Positions 26,428 to 38,212 of a stretch of DNA of 64,000 bases are shown piece by piece (within the stretch, counting starts at the first letter, position 1; every line of letters begins with the position of its first letter). The notes beneath the pieces are model-generated. The model did no database searches. It was not told where the DNA came from and saw only the letters and a list, made by a program, of their open reading frames with translations. Origin of the DNA: Lama guanicoe (lineage: Eukaryota); the NCBI GenBank assembly GCA_013239625.1, contig MU053652.1, forward strand, positions 2,420,001 through 2,484,000, read 5' to 3'. The translations under genes and the position numbers were made by a program.

Positions 26428-26676
26428 GTTAGGAAAGTACTCTTGCATTCTGAGTTTGCTGAGAACTTTTTTTTAATCATGAGTGAATGATGAATTTTGT
26501 CAAATGATTTTTGTGCATATATTGAGATGATCATATGGTTTTTCTTATTTCATGGTTATTAAGATGAATTGCATCGATTGATCTTCAAATACTGAACTAG
26601 CCATGAGACAAACCTCACTTGATCACAATGTATTCTTCTAAAATATTTTACACACACACATATATATATATATTTG

Positions 26677-27225
26677 ATTAGTCATTAGGGAAATACAAAT
26701 TAAAACCACAATGAGATACTTCATACTTACTAAATGACAATGATGACAAAGACCATAACAATTGTTGGGGAGGATGTGGAGAAACTGGAACCCTCATACA
26801 TTGCTGGTGGGTGTGTAATAATGGTGCAGCCACTTTGGAAAAACAGTTCGACGGTTCCTAAAAATGCTACAGTTACCACATGACCCAGAAATTCCCCTCC
26901 CAGGTATAACCCAAGACAGAAACCTATGCAGAAACTTATATACAAATATTCATAACACTGTTTATAGTAGCCAAAAAGTGGAAACAACCCAAATGTTCAA
27001 CTGATGAATGGTTAAACCAAATGTGGTCTATCCCTACAATGGACTAACATTCAGCAGTAAAAAGAAATAAAGAACTGACCCATGCTACAACGTGAGTGAA
27101 CCGTAAAAACGTTATACTAAGTGAGAGAAGCCAGTCATGAAAAACACACACTGTATGATGCCATTTATGTGAAATGTTCAGAAGAGGCAAACTCCACACA
27201 GAGACGGAGAGTAGATGAGTGGTCT
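26677..27225 (+). mobile_element. Ancient L1MB-like ORF2 end and 3'UTR
   Basis: tcattagggaaatacaaattaaaaccacaatgagatac..gaggatgtggagaaactggaaccctcatacattgctggtggg..ggaaacaacccaaatg. Confidence 0.8.
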
Positions 27226-28130
27226 ACATGTAAAGCATGGCTTTTCTTCTGCTCTGTCTTCAGTGTGAGGGTTTGTGCTAATCTAGGCAGGAGTTGGGCT
27301 GGGTTTCAACCTTGCTGTATGGAAGGCTGCACGTTCCTCAGGTGACTGCTCTGTTACCTCTCTGCTTGCCTGTGGATCTTCCCTTTTTGCTGCTCCCAGT
27401 GAGTCTGTTTTTGGCAGCTCCCTGCAGCTATAATCCACTTATTTTTACCTCACACTTGCCAGCATTTTGAGTTAGTGGCAGAGTAAAAGGACATTCCTTG
27501 ATGTTTTCCCAGGCACTGGGACCTGGGGCTTGCGGGTGTGGCCTTCACCAGTGTTCCTGTCTCTTTCCTACAAGTTATACTGGCCTTAGCACGCATTCCT
27601 GCCCTCTCCCAGGGGTAAAGAGCTTTTTTATTTTCTTGTTCCCTTTCCCAGCTGCAGTGGATTTCCACCACTTCCTTCAGGCTGTCCTTTTTTTACCTTT
27701 CTCCTGCAGTTGAATGCTTTTGTTTCCTAGCAGAAGTAGGGAGATGAATCTGGGCAGTGTTTCACTGATTGGCCATTTTCCTCCCCGCTGTGGTGTGTTT
27801 CCCCAGCGCCCTCTGCCTATACATTTTGCTGACTTCTGAAAAGTAAGGCTTTTTTTCCCACGAGGGATATGGGAGTATCTAGCATTTCAGCAGTCAGTAT
27901 TGTTTCTTCCCTCAGCCAGCCCCGCAGGGCAACTTTCTCAAGGTTCTCCCTGGGCATCCTTTTCCCTGGGCATCCTTCCGCATCCTTCATAGCCACTGGT
28001 GGGGTTCTTGGTGGGGAGCGGGGGGGGGGGGGGCCACGAAGGTGTGAACCTTTCAATGTCTGCAGCTCTCAGGTCTTCACACTTTCACACCAGCACATGC
28101 TCAGCCTTTAGCAATTTATTTAACATTTTT

Positions 28131-28407
28131 ACTCACAGACATAGACAACAAACTTGTAATTACCAAGGGAGTAAGAGGGTGGGAAGGGATAAATTGGGAG
28201 TTTGAGATTTGCAGATACTAACTACTATATATAAAATAGATAAACAGCAAGTTTATGCTGTATAACACAGGAAACTATATTCAATATCTTGTGTTAACCT
28301 GTCATGAAAAAGAATATGAAAATGAATACATGCATGAATATGTACGACTAAAAATTATGCTGTATACCAGAAATTGACACAACATTGTAAACTGACTGTA
28401 CTTCAAT
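28131..28407 (+). mobile_element. LINE-1 3'UTR fragment
   Basis: actcacagacataga..gggtgggaaggga..gacacaacattgtaaa, colinear with 38565-38830. Confidence 0.8.
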
Positions 28408-28684
28408 TTTTTTTGCTTTTGCTTTAATCTTCTTACTGAACTCAGCCCCACATGTCAAATGCTTGAGTCCAGGTTCTCCCAGGGGTTGCCTGTCTCCACT
28501 TTTCAGGCTAGTTGTTTGCCCATGACCTCAATTCTTCAATGGGTTCAAGAAAAGTCATTAATTTTCCCTGTTTCTCCAGCTTTTTTCTTGTTTAGGGGGA
28601 GGAGCAAAGTTCTTTAAAACTCTTTATTCTCATTGGCTTAAATGAAGTCCTATGGTTTCTTTTGATAAACAGATTATTCATTTT

Positions 28685-28806
28685 TGTGTGTATTTGGGAA
28701 GGGGGTGTAATTAGGTTTATTTATTTTTAGAGGAGGTACTGGGGATTGAACCCAGGACCTCATACATGCTAAGCATGCGCTCTACCACTTGAACTTTACC
28801 CTCCCC
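28685..28806 (-). mobile_element. tRNA-derived SINE, camelid Vic-1-like
   Basis: Minus strand ggggagggta..agttcaagtggtagagcgcatgcttagcatg..gaggtcctgggttcaatccccagtacctcc (A and B boxes) then aaataaataaacctaattac; degenerate TSD cag.tt.ttcatttt. Confidence 0.85.
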
Positions 28807-29749
28807 CAGGTTCTTCATTTTGATGAAGCCAAATCTATCCATCTTTTTCTTTGGTTTGTACTTTTCATGTTTTGTTGATTGACAATTGCACGTGCACTAA
28901 TTCTTTTTACAGACACATGTTATGGCAGAACAGACTATGCCATAGAAAAGTTCACGAAGAGCTAGAATTATTTGATCCTTGAATCCACATTTGGAGTTTC
29001 TTTATGAGAAAAATAGTAACTTACCAATTCAGTTTCTTTATGAATATGGGACAAATTTTCATTTCTACTTCTTTTTGAGTCACACTGGTAAGTTGTATTT
29101 TCTTAGGAATCTTGTCTCTCATCTGCTTCAAATTTATTAGCATTTGCTCATAATGGATACTAGAAATATTTATTATTGTTTTTATATCTCATATTTTATA
29201 TTTAGGCTTTCTGGGTAATTTTTCCCTTTGGTCAACCTCAAGGCTTTACTATTTTATTAGCCTTTCAAAAAAATCCAATTTTTGACTTTGCTGATATTTG
29301 CTGTTGTCCTTTGGTTTCTCTTTCCTTGATTTCTGCTTTTATCTTATCTCATTTTTCCTATTTTTCTTTGGGTTTATTTTGCAGCTTTCCATGATCAAGT
29401 TGAAGAGTATATACAGGACCAGATCTGAGCAGGCCCTAAAGTAAGGTGCATGTAAATTGCAGTGTGGCTCGCACCCCAGCACGCCTGTTCCCGCCACGCC
29501 ATCATCTTTCCCCCAGTTCACACCTAAGGGCTCAAAGAGAGTTTTCTGTGATCAAGTGTCTGAGGAATGAAGAAGCTAAGTTACGTTTATGTGTATAACA
29601 TGCTAGAGCCAGGCCAGAGTGGACTGCGTGGGGCAATGGCCCTTTTTAGAGGAGACCCTGAAGGATGGTGTAGAAAGAAATTTCTTCCAATGGGTACAAC
29701 TTTGAAGAGTACATTTCATGGTTGTTCGTTTGTTTGCTTTTTGTTTTTG

Positions 29750-30430
29750 GTGGGGGGAGTGGGGAAGATGAGCTACACTGAGGTGAGGGTCTGACCAGAT
29801 TCTTAGGCAGCAACTAATGATTTTAGGTAGATGGTTAGGAACTTAGAAGGAACAAGAATGGAGGATCAGTGCAAGGAATTTTATGCAAGAGGCATGTGTT
29901 TGGACTTCTTGTGATAGATCTGGAGGGTCAGAATTTTTGTCTCTCTCATTAGTCAGATGGACAAGGTGACCTTTCGTGCCTGTCAGTTAGTTTCTGTCTG
30001 CATCCACCTAGTGATTGCTCTGTGGGCTCCTGAGCAAGTGGCCGCAATGTAGGTAGGCAACAAAACAGATGCACTCTGGGTCTGAATGTGTTTTCTCCAC
30101 TTCCGTGATCTGTCAGCAGCATTGTCCCTGGACCTACAGAATGCATTGTGTATCATCATGATATTTCAGAGAGCACAGGGCTTCACCAAGGAACTCATTC
30201 TAAGGCAAAGTAAGTCGAGCATTAACCTTCTGAGATTTACTCCTGTTACTGTGGTTCCTACGTGCTGCTACATAATGAAGCAGAGAGGGAAATGGATGGA
30301 ACCTGGGGACTCCCTGGGGTGCCTCCTAGTCCTCTTGTGTCTAGTCATAAAGGTAACTGGACAGACTTCTTACTGACAGCATCCCTAAAGACTCAGATCT
30401 TTCAGAAATGAAATCCGGTATCCAGTACTA
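29750..30430 (+). mobile_element. ERVL internal (pol) relic
   Basis: Around 29830 translates WLGT*KEQEWRI..RGMCLD (ERVL RNase H-like); around 30300 translates GDSLGCLLVLLCLVIKVTG (ERVL GDPLG.LLVLPCPVIKVNG-like). Confidence 0.55.
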
Positions 30431-30699
30431 ATGGTGTGTGTCAGTGCTGCAATCTGAAGCAGCCTCTGCTCAGCAGTGGTGGGAGGGATGCTCAGCAGAG
30501 GAATTCAGGAAAAGAGTTCTGGGCACAGTTTCTGACTCACGCGTGATTCTCTAGCCATCTCAAGTGATTTTTATTAGCTAACTAATTATCTTTTTAATAA
30601 ATTCACTTTGTGTTTAAAGCAGACAGGATTGATTTTAGTAGCTGAATTGAAGGATCCTGATTTTCATAGCGAAATAAGTGAAGGGGGAGGAACAGATTA

Positions 30700-31127
30700 C
30701 GAACATAAAATATATGTTCAAGTCCTGTTCCCCAATACCTGGTACTTGTGAACGTGACCTTATTTGGAAATAGGTCTTTGCAGATGCGGTCAAGTTACGA
30801 AGAGATCATATTGGATTAGGATGGGCCCTAAATGCAAGGGCTGGTGTTCCTGTAAGAGGAGAGACACAGAGGCCCAGGGAGGAAGGCCATGTGATGATGG
30901 AGCCAGAGATCGGCATGATCATCACTAAAAGCCAAGGAACCCTGAAGATTGCTAGGAAGAAGCAAGTAAAGATTCTCCCCTAGTGCCTTCAGGAGGAGTA
31001 TGGCTCTGCTGGTTTTAGATTTCTAGCCTCCAGAACCATGAGGGAATACATTGTTTTAAGCCACTCCGTTTTTTAAGCCACTCAGTTTGTGGTCATTTGT
31101 CATAGCCGCCTTGGGAAAGTACTCACA
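30700..31127. mobile_element. MaLR solo LTR (MLT1B/C-like)
   Basis: gtgaacgtgaccttatttggaaatagg..ttctagcctccagaac..ttttaagccactcagtttgtggt. Confidence 0.78.
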
Positions 31128-32604
31128 CTTCATTCAGGGTGCCCTGAGTCTGTGACAAGATTCAGTTCTGGGAACTGGATGTGTTCTCCACTGTGGTGAC
31201 TCAACACAGGTCTCAGTTTGCTGGGCCTGGAGGTAGGACTTTAGTGGGCTGCCCATCCATTTTGATCCTAAAAAGCCACAGGATTTTTAGCCACTGTCCA
31301 GAATCCCCTTCATTAGACTATTCAGGTGACCCAGCTGGTCCTGCTGCCCATTACCATGTCGCTCCCCCCTTTTTCCTTGGAGATGAAATTCTGTTCATGC
31401 CTCTCCTTCCCAGCGAACCTGGCCCCCATCCCCAGTGAAAGCAGCAGCATCTCCTCCTAGCACACCTGGCTGATGGAGAGCAACCAGAACAGTCCCTCAG
31501 AACATGCTACTAGTCCCCTCAACAAGGTCCCAGATTCAGTCGAACTCCGCAACACCATCAAGGATCAGATGCACTGGTATTTTATGAACCACTAAGGGGA
31601 AAAGAGCACTGTCAAAGTATGATCTACAGGGATTTATAGTACATCCTCATCTCAGAGACATGAAAAGATGTGCATCTTAGAACTCACGAATGTATTTCTC
31701 CGAGCCTTGGTGAAGGGCGTGTCATTTGCGCTCTCTTAAGGACCGAAGTGAGAGTGTGAGTGAGCAGATCACACGGGATAAACCACTCTAACACGTAACA
31801 TGTCCGTCTCCCTAAGATTTTAGATTTCTTCCTGTTCATTATTCCAGGGAATTTCTGGTACCTTTACTTAATATGTGGCGTACCACTGAGTCCGGGTTTC
31901 AGTCAGCCACCTAAGAAAACAACTAGAATGGCTAGCTGCTTGAGCGAGCACATTGATCCAGAATCCCTGGCAGGCCTACCCACATGGATAAATTCAGCTT
32001 GATGTCAAATTGTGAGTATATCCCTTTGGTGTAGCGCCCTCATGTTGTGTAACCAGACATGTTTGCTGGAGCCTTTGCAGGCATTTTTTAGTGGGTAAGT
32101 CTTTGTCTGGGTCAGACTCTGTATTTGTCTTTCTTGGCCTGTCTCGGACTGTCACTACAGGTTTGGGAAAAAATGAACAGTGGTGGAGATGCTGAGGGGA
32201 TACGTCTCTCTGTGCCAGGGAGCTCAAGGCAGGTTACGGAGGGTTTTCAGGCTGGGTAGGAACGGCATCTCCAGACAGGAGAAGAGTGGTGGAGTCTTCT
32301 GACAAGTGAGTTCCACTGCAGATTGAGATTCAGGGATGCTCCGATTGATTCATCTGCATCCTGTCACCATTCCACTTCTCAAGGTCCAATTTTTACATAA
32401 AAGACCTGCATGAATTAAAGTAACCCTGTAATTTGGCAACTCATGGGATCAAACCTGTGAGTTTGTCTTGTGGACTTCTCAGCTTTTCCGCTGCAAGCAG
32501 TTAAGAGATTCCTTTACTGGAACCACAGAAAAATCTCTGATTTTCAGTCTGTGCTTTGATAGGAGGATTTAGGAGTTAGAATTTGTCCTTCCCTTTCTTT
32601 AAGC

Positions 32605-32826
32605 CAGTAATTTTCAATGGTGGTGATTTTGTCTCCCCCAGAGGACATTTGGCAATATCTGGAGACATTCTTGGTTGTCACAGCTGGGGAGGGACATGTG
32701 TCGTACTTGCACGTGGAGATAGTGACCAGGGATGCTGTTAAACGGCCCGTGATGCGTAAGACAATCTCTCGTAACAAAGAAGAATCCAGCCCTAGATGTC
32801 AACCATTTGGGGGTTGAGAAACCCTG
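32605..32826. mobile_element. MER20 (hAT-Charlie)
   Basis: gaggacatttggcaatatctggagacatt..ggttgtcacagctgg..ccagggatgctg..ggttgagaaaccctg. Confidence 0.8.
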
Positions 32827-33210
32827 TTTTAAACTATTCATCAGAGTAAGAGGTAACCACTACGCTCCATATCCCATAATTTTTCAAAAATGCTGATACT
32901 CCTCTCAGCAAACTGTTTTTTTTTTTGCCAGAAAGATACTATTACATGATCAATTATAAGAAGTAGTTTTTTTTATTGTTTCATGAACTACTAAGAAGGA
33001 AAAACCAGGGACAAAACATAACACTACATTGATTTTTTTTTTTAACATGCTATTTTCTTTTAATGTGTGCCCTGCATGTCCTCCTGTGGCCACTCAACCC
33101 TGCCAGAGAATTCCGATTACCTTTAACCCCAGGAAGGCCCAATAACTAATCCTTGAATTTCTGTTGCCTGCAACCACTCCTGATACAAGTTTCTGATTCT
33201 CAGTAGCAAA

Positions 33211-33240
33211 GTGTGTGTGTGTGTGTGTGTGCGTGCACGC
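33211..33240. repeat. (GT)n running into gcgtgcacgc (alternating purine-pyrimidine)
   Basis: Read directly. Confidence 0.9.
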
Positions 33241-34019
33241 TCACACGTGTGAAAGATACTGGATATTGTCTAGCTTCTGGAGGAGCTGGGATTGCTGGAG
33301 ACCACATTTAGGGCTACCTTTGGCATCATCCAGGTCAGGCTTATAGAACTTGTCTGAAGAGACCAGCACTGCTCACCAAGGCCAGCCACTGGGTGCCGTG
33401 GCTTTGGCTGTGGACACTCGCTGTAGCATCACCTTCCCCCCGGCTCACCCTGGAGCGCGTGATCCCACCGCGGCTGTCATCAGAGTCCTTGGAGTCTGCT
33501 GCCTCTTCACTCGCTGGCTGCTGATTCCTGGCACCTGAGTGCATGTGCTCTGGCCCCAAGGGAGGCTGGAAAAGCAAAGATCTGGCATTTTCAGCATCTG
33601 TAATACGAGGCAAACCGTGCTTGCATCCGTCTTGCTGTGCGGGGAATTCCCCCAGCACAGGCAGATGTCCATCCTGACTGGCCCCGAAGAGTGGCAAGCG
33701 TCTGCGAGGCCGGCTCCCGGCAGCTCTCCCTTCTGCTCATCCTGAAAACTGGGAATCTCTTCCCCTGTCTGAGTGCTTCAGCAAGTGGTTGATTCTGTCT
33801 CCAGATACAGTCTCGAATCCATCCTCTTTGGCTCTTGTGTCGATGACTTAATACCGCCAACTGTTCATCCGCTTCATCTGGATGACTGTACAGCCTCTTT
33901 CCTTCCCGTCTCCACGCTCTTCCCCCTCCTAATCTCTGCTCCGCAAAGCAGCAGGAGGTACATTTGTCAGTCACCCTATAAACGTCTTCCCTAAAAGGCC
34001 TTCAGTGGCTTTTTGGGGG

Positions 34020-34730
34020 GGGTTAGAATAAAATCCCAAATCCTTATTTTCGGTATAAGGAGGGTGGTCTTATGTCTCGTTTCACCTAGAGTACGATTTT
34101 TTAAGAGGGCTTCCTTTTATTCTCAAGAATGTGTGGTTTGGACCACACGTTACCGCCAGTGTACTGATACGGCCCTGCATTTTCTGAGCTCTGCCTCCCG
34201 CCCACCTCCCTCGTGAAACTGCTCTGGTGCTTGTCCTCTCTGACTTCTTCTCCCGCCCTTGGGGACTTGCGGGTTCTTCCCTTCTGCCTGGTACACTTTT
34301 CCTCACACTTACCACAGCTCTGTTGCCTGTAACCACCCCTTCCACGTCTTAATTGGTGTCTCTGAGATGCCTTTCCTTACCTCCCATCTGAACGGCCCCT
34401 CCCCCTGCTCTCTGTATCATTTCCTTGTTTATTTCTTCCATGGAGGCACCAGGATTTGACATTTAATTGTCTGTCTATCGTTTAATCTCTGTCTCAGGCC
34501 CTAAGAACATAAGCTCCCTGTGGGTATGGATTATATGTTTTACTTACCATTGTATCCCAGGGCCACTTAACGGTGGCCCTCAGTCCATCACTAAAAGGTC
34601 TTCCTTCCTGATCCCTTGACAAGGTTAAGCTCCCATGCTAGACACAGTGAAAGCACTCCATGCTTTTCTTCCTTAGCGCGTCCCACAATTGTTCTTAAAT
34701 AGTAATTTGTGTAATTTCCCTTTGTCAGCT
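34020..34730 (+). mobile_element. L2 LINE 3' fragments
   Basis: agaataaaatcccaaatcctt..tctgcctggtacactttt..aagctccctgtgggtatgga..ccattgtatcccag. Confidence 0.55.
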
Positions 34731-35223
34731 TCTCCTTCTAGATATACTTGGAGGAGAACAGAGGCATGTCCCTCTCAGGATGCTTAGAACAGGGCAGTTC
34801 AGTACACGTTGAGTCTGAGTATTCTGCAAAAGCATGTGTCTGGGAGCTAGGGAGGAGGCGGCAGAGGTGATCTCATCGGCCTCGCTCTGTGGTGGGTTGT
34901 GGAAGCTGCAAGGCGTGTTCCTGGTGGGGCGGGCGGGGAGGGCAGAGAGGCCACTGCAGCATCCCTTGTGCAGCCAGACTAGTGGCTTAGTCTTCCTCTT
35001 CAGTGGGATTTCCCTTGACTTCCTCTGCTTCCCTCTCAGTCTCCCTCTTAGAGGCTTCTTGAAGCCCAGAAAGATCTGGGCACATTGAGGACCAAGACCT
35101 TCAGCCAAGACAGATGGCAGGGATGGGAGCCAGGCCTCTGGATCCTAGGGATGAGCTGGAGAAGTGTAGCGAGAACTTTCAGCTAATAACCCTAACTCGA
35201 TTCGGTGTTATCTTTGTGAACAG

Positions 35224-35796
35224 CCTTGTCCAGTGATAACGGAGAAGTATCCCAAACAGATTCAGCACCCAGTGAGGGTCTAACCAAAACCGAAGGAAAT
35301 GAAGTTTCATCACCTGTCGGAAAACCTCTGAATTTATCAGAGGCCAGTGGAAGCGTACCTGTAACATCCAGCACCTCAGTCCAGCAACAGACAACTACAA
35401 CAGCTAGTGACAAAGCGGACTCAGACAACACTACTACACCCAAAACAACCACTGTCTCTATGAAGCCTGAAAACATAAGCAGCCAGAATGGAATTTCAAC
35501 TGCCACAACTGGATCTGGAACCCAGAGTAACCACAGTGTGACCACAAGCAGCATGACCACTAAGGAAGGAACTCGGCCAGCCTCTGAACCTCAGAATCTA
35601 AGTAAACCCTCAGACACCACTACTGCTCTCACTTCCTTGACCACCCCCGCAAGCACTCGCCAGTCTAACATGGTCCCTGTGCCTTCGAAGCCCTCAGGGA
35701 ACTCCTCCGAGGGACCGAAGGAAGTTACTACAGCTGCTAGTTCAGGCCCAGTGGCGGGTCCCACCGTCACAACTCAGGGGATGCTGACCACACCAG
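35224..35796 (+). CDS. PODXL: Podocalyxin exon 2 (Ser/Thr-rich mucin domain, N-terminal part)
   Basis: Acceptor tctttgtgaacAG ends at 35223. Open S/T/P-rich frame (ORF 35226-35804) with SSQNG and HSVTT motifs resembling human PODXL and several N-x-S/T sequons. Donor CAG|GCAAGT gives phase 1, matching the next exon. Confidence 0.88.
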
Positions 35797-36239
35797 GCAA
35801 GTAATGCCTTTTTTTTTTTCAAGCAGAAAAACGTTCAAATACTTATGTTCTATATGGTTGCTCAGCTAGAAGATGGAGATTCACTCTGTGGGTTAAGTAT
35901 CGTGAACACACGCCACCTTCACTTAGCCTGTTTCCCGTTTCAGCGATGAGCAGAGGCAAGAGGGCTGTGTGTTCTGATGTGAGCTCAGTGTTTTGACTTG
36001 TCCACTTGAGCGTTTACTTTTCTTAAGTGCTGGTCTTAATCCTGTAAATTAATTTCAAAACTCACTGATGGATCGTGAGCCTCAAGATCATGAGCCATGT
36101 CAGGTCTATTGAGTCAGACTTTCTGGGCGTGAACCTGAGAATCTGCATTGTGAGGCACTCCACAGGTAGTCTGGGTGCACGCTGGGTCAGCAGACGGCCA
36201 CACTGGAAGAGCATGGTCGTATCCTGCAGTAAGAGGAAG

Positions 36240-36460
36240 GGCTCCAAGTTGGATAAACCTGGATTCAGATCCCTGTTCTGTTGCTTGTTAGCACGTGATG
36301 TCAGGCAGTTCATCGAGCTCCTCTGAGCCTCAGTTTCCTTGTTTATAAAATAGGGATAATTATGGTACCTTCCTCATAGGGTTATTGTGAGGATTAAGAA
36401 AGAAAGTAACCTTTGAAGCACTTAGGACCCTCACACGAAGTAAGTGCTCAGTTAACGCCA
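36240..36460 (+). mobile_element. MIR SINE
   Basis: Core ctctgagcctcagtttcctt..tataaaatagggataat..tacct.cctcatagggttattgtgaggattaa. Confidence 0.8.
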
Positions 36461-36712
36461 GCTTCTGCTGCTGACATCATCATTCCTCTTCTTACTCCTC
36501 CCTTGCACTGGCTCATCCAGTCTGCGCCTCCTGTGAGATGCTACAGGACTGGCTTCATCTATCTGCCTCTTCTTCCTCACAGCCTGCCTCCTTCAGCTTG
36601 TGGTCTAGGTAGGGGATAAGACTAAAGAACCTCAGAAAACTAAGAACGAGAGAGACTCTCCTTTTCTGTTAAAGGCACCACTCACCTTTTCTCATAACCT
36701 TCATTTTCCCAG

Positions 36713-36939
36713 TTACAGTACCACAGGTTTCCTCACCCGGCACTCAGCACACCTCCAGCAACATGCCAGCTGTCACTGGGAGCTCTGCGGCTCTGCAGCC
36801 TACAGGCTCTTCACTGGGACCTGGGACCTCATCACCTGTCGCGGGACCCACAAGCTCCAACACTCTGTTGATGCCAACTGCCTCACAAGGCTCCAGCACC
36901 CCTTCCATTGTCTCAGTAGTTTCAGTACGTGGGGCAAAG
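36713..36939 (+). CDS. PODXL: Podocalyxin exon 3 (mucin domain, C-terminal part)
   Basis: Pyrimidine tract plus AG at 36711-36712; reads (V)TVPQVSSPGTQHTSSNMPA...SVRGAK, similar to human TQQTSSQMPA; donor AAG|GTAAGA at 36940, phase 0. Confidence 0.85.
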
Positions 36940-37217
36940 GTAAGAGAGCCCAGCCTGGGAGAGAAGGGACTCCGAGAAGAGCATTTATACTCCCTTCCCA
37001 GGGTCCCTGGCGGGGCTGTGAGGAGCCATCGTCATTCACCCCTTGTCTCTGGCTTAGACAGCTGGATAGCCAGTAACACACCTGGCTCGGAAACTCCAGC
37101 TGGCCACGCCCCCAGCTTGCCCGGATCTCCCAGGGGAGGGAGGGAGGGAGGAGTCAAAGACAAGATCCAGTCAGGCTGAGCCTGACCATTAATATTAAAC
37201 CCAGTGGCTTCTTCCAG

Positions 37218-37289
37218 ATACAGTGCGAGTCTCCTGAAGCACCAAAAGAGAAGATGCTCATCCTGAACCTCTCGACACCCATTAGCTGT
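37218..37289 (+). CDS. PODXL: Podocalyxin exon 4 (start of Cys-containing globular domain)
   Basis: cttcttccAG|ATA...TGT|GTGAGT; 72 nt; IQCESPEAPKEKMLILNLSTPISC resembles human KCE...EKQLVLNLTGNTLC. Confidence 0.9.
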
Positions 37290-38212
37290 GTGAGTACCGT
37301 GCTCATCTGAGCCCCACCGTGATGTACACCCCAAAATGTGCTTTAGCAGCAGGGTCACAGAAGGTAGAAGGGAATGAAGTGTTCTTTCTAGAAAGGAGCA
37401 GAGAGGTGTGTTCATTTTTCTGCCATTGTTTTTTTCCTAGTAGGACGTAGTCCCTTTCCATCTTCATGAGGGACAAAAGCAAGGTTCAGACTTCACTAAG
37501 GGAAGCCCCGCCCACAGGGCTGCTGCAGGGCCAGAAGTGCCAGCTCTCCTGGGCTTCCACGTCACAGCGTCTGAGAGCCTGGAGACCCCAGTCCTGGTTC
37601 CTGTTTGCTTCTAGCTCCGGGTGTGCCTTTGTCAAGTCGATCTCTTTGAGCTTCAGGGGCCTCAACTGAAAGTGAGAGGCTTAGTCTGCCTAGCTCTCCC
37701 TGTTCTAATAGTCTGTGGTTTTATATATTTTTATATTTCCGGGTCCATGTTTTATATGATGGCCTCCCTCTAACCTGGGGGAACCATTGTCAACAGTTTC
37801 TTCTTCCAGTCAGGGTGATACGTGTATGTACTGTTTGGGGGAGATGGTGTGAGCACGTGTGTGAATACATTTGCATAAAAGAAAGAGTAGCAGTGTGTCC
37901 ACTGCCTTGAGACTGCCAGTCTCCCTAGGATTAAGGGCTTTGGTCCCAGGCTGTCCGCTGCAGTGCTTACTTAGTAAGTAGCTGAGAGCCGAGTGCTGGT
38001 AATGGATGGCTCACTGCTGCCCTCTTCTGGTCAGTGGTTATTTTGGCAAACACCCCTAGAATTAGGACAGGACATGGTTTCTAAAGGATGGAGAACTTGG
38101 GTTTATAATTCTTTGAGGCCACGTGTGTTTTCTGTAGTTGTTTTGAGTGTCGATCATGCTGGAATTCTCCATGTGAACTATAGAAAAGTATGCATTTAGA
38201 CTGGAGTTTTAA

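Larger units (their letters stand above)
23400..26640 (-). mobile_element. Old degraded L1 ORF2 (RT region) fragment split by the young L1
   Basis: 23410-23569 and 26445-26640 join into one sequence colinear with about 25700-26060 of the young element (ggctagaacttc...catccttgt; tgaattttgtcaaatg...attgagatgatcat). Confidence 0.8.
1..35223 (+). other. PODXL: Presumed PODXL intron 1 (partial)
   Basis: No signal-peptide exon or promoter-size CpG island recognised upstream of exon 2; mammalian PODXL has a very long first intron; region is repeat-rich. Confidence 0.65.

Noticed and set aside
28730..28806. tRNA-like sequence with A and B boxes (also 63460-63520)
   Set aside because: SINE tails and TSDs with mutated stems; these are SINEs, not tRNA genes.
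35192..35560. Val-rich minus-strand ORF resembling a signal peptide or membrane protein
   Set aside because: Antisense of Thr-rich (ACN) mucin codons in PODXL exon 2.
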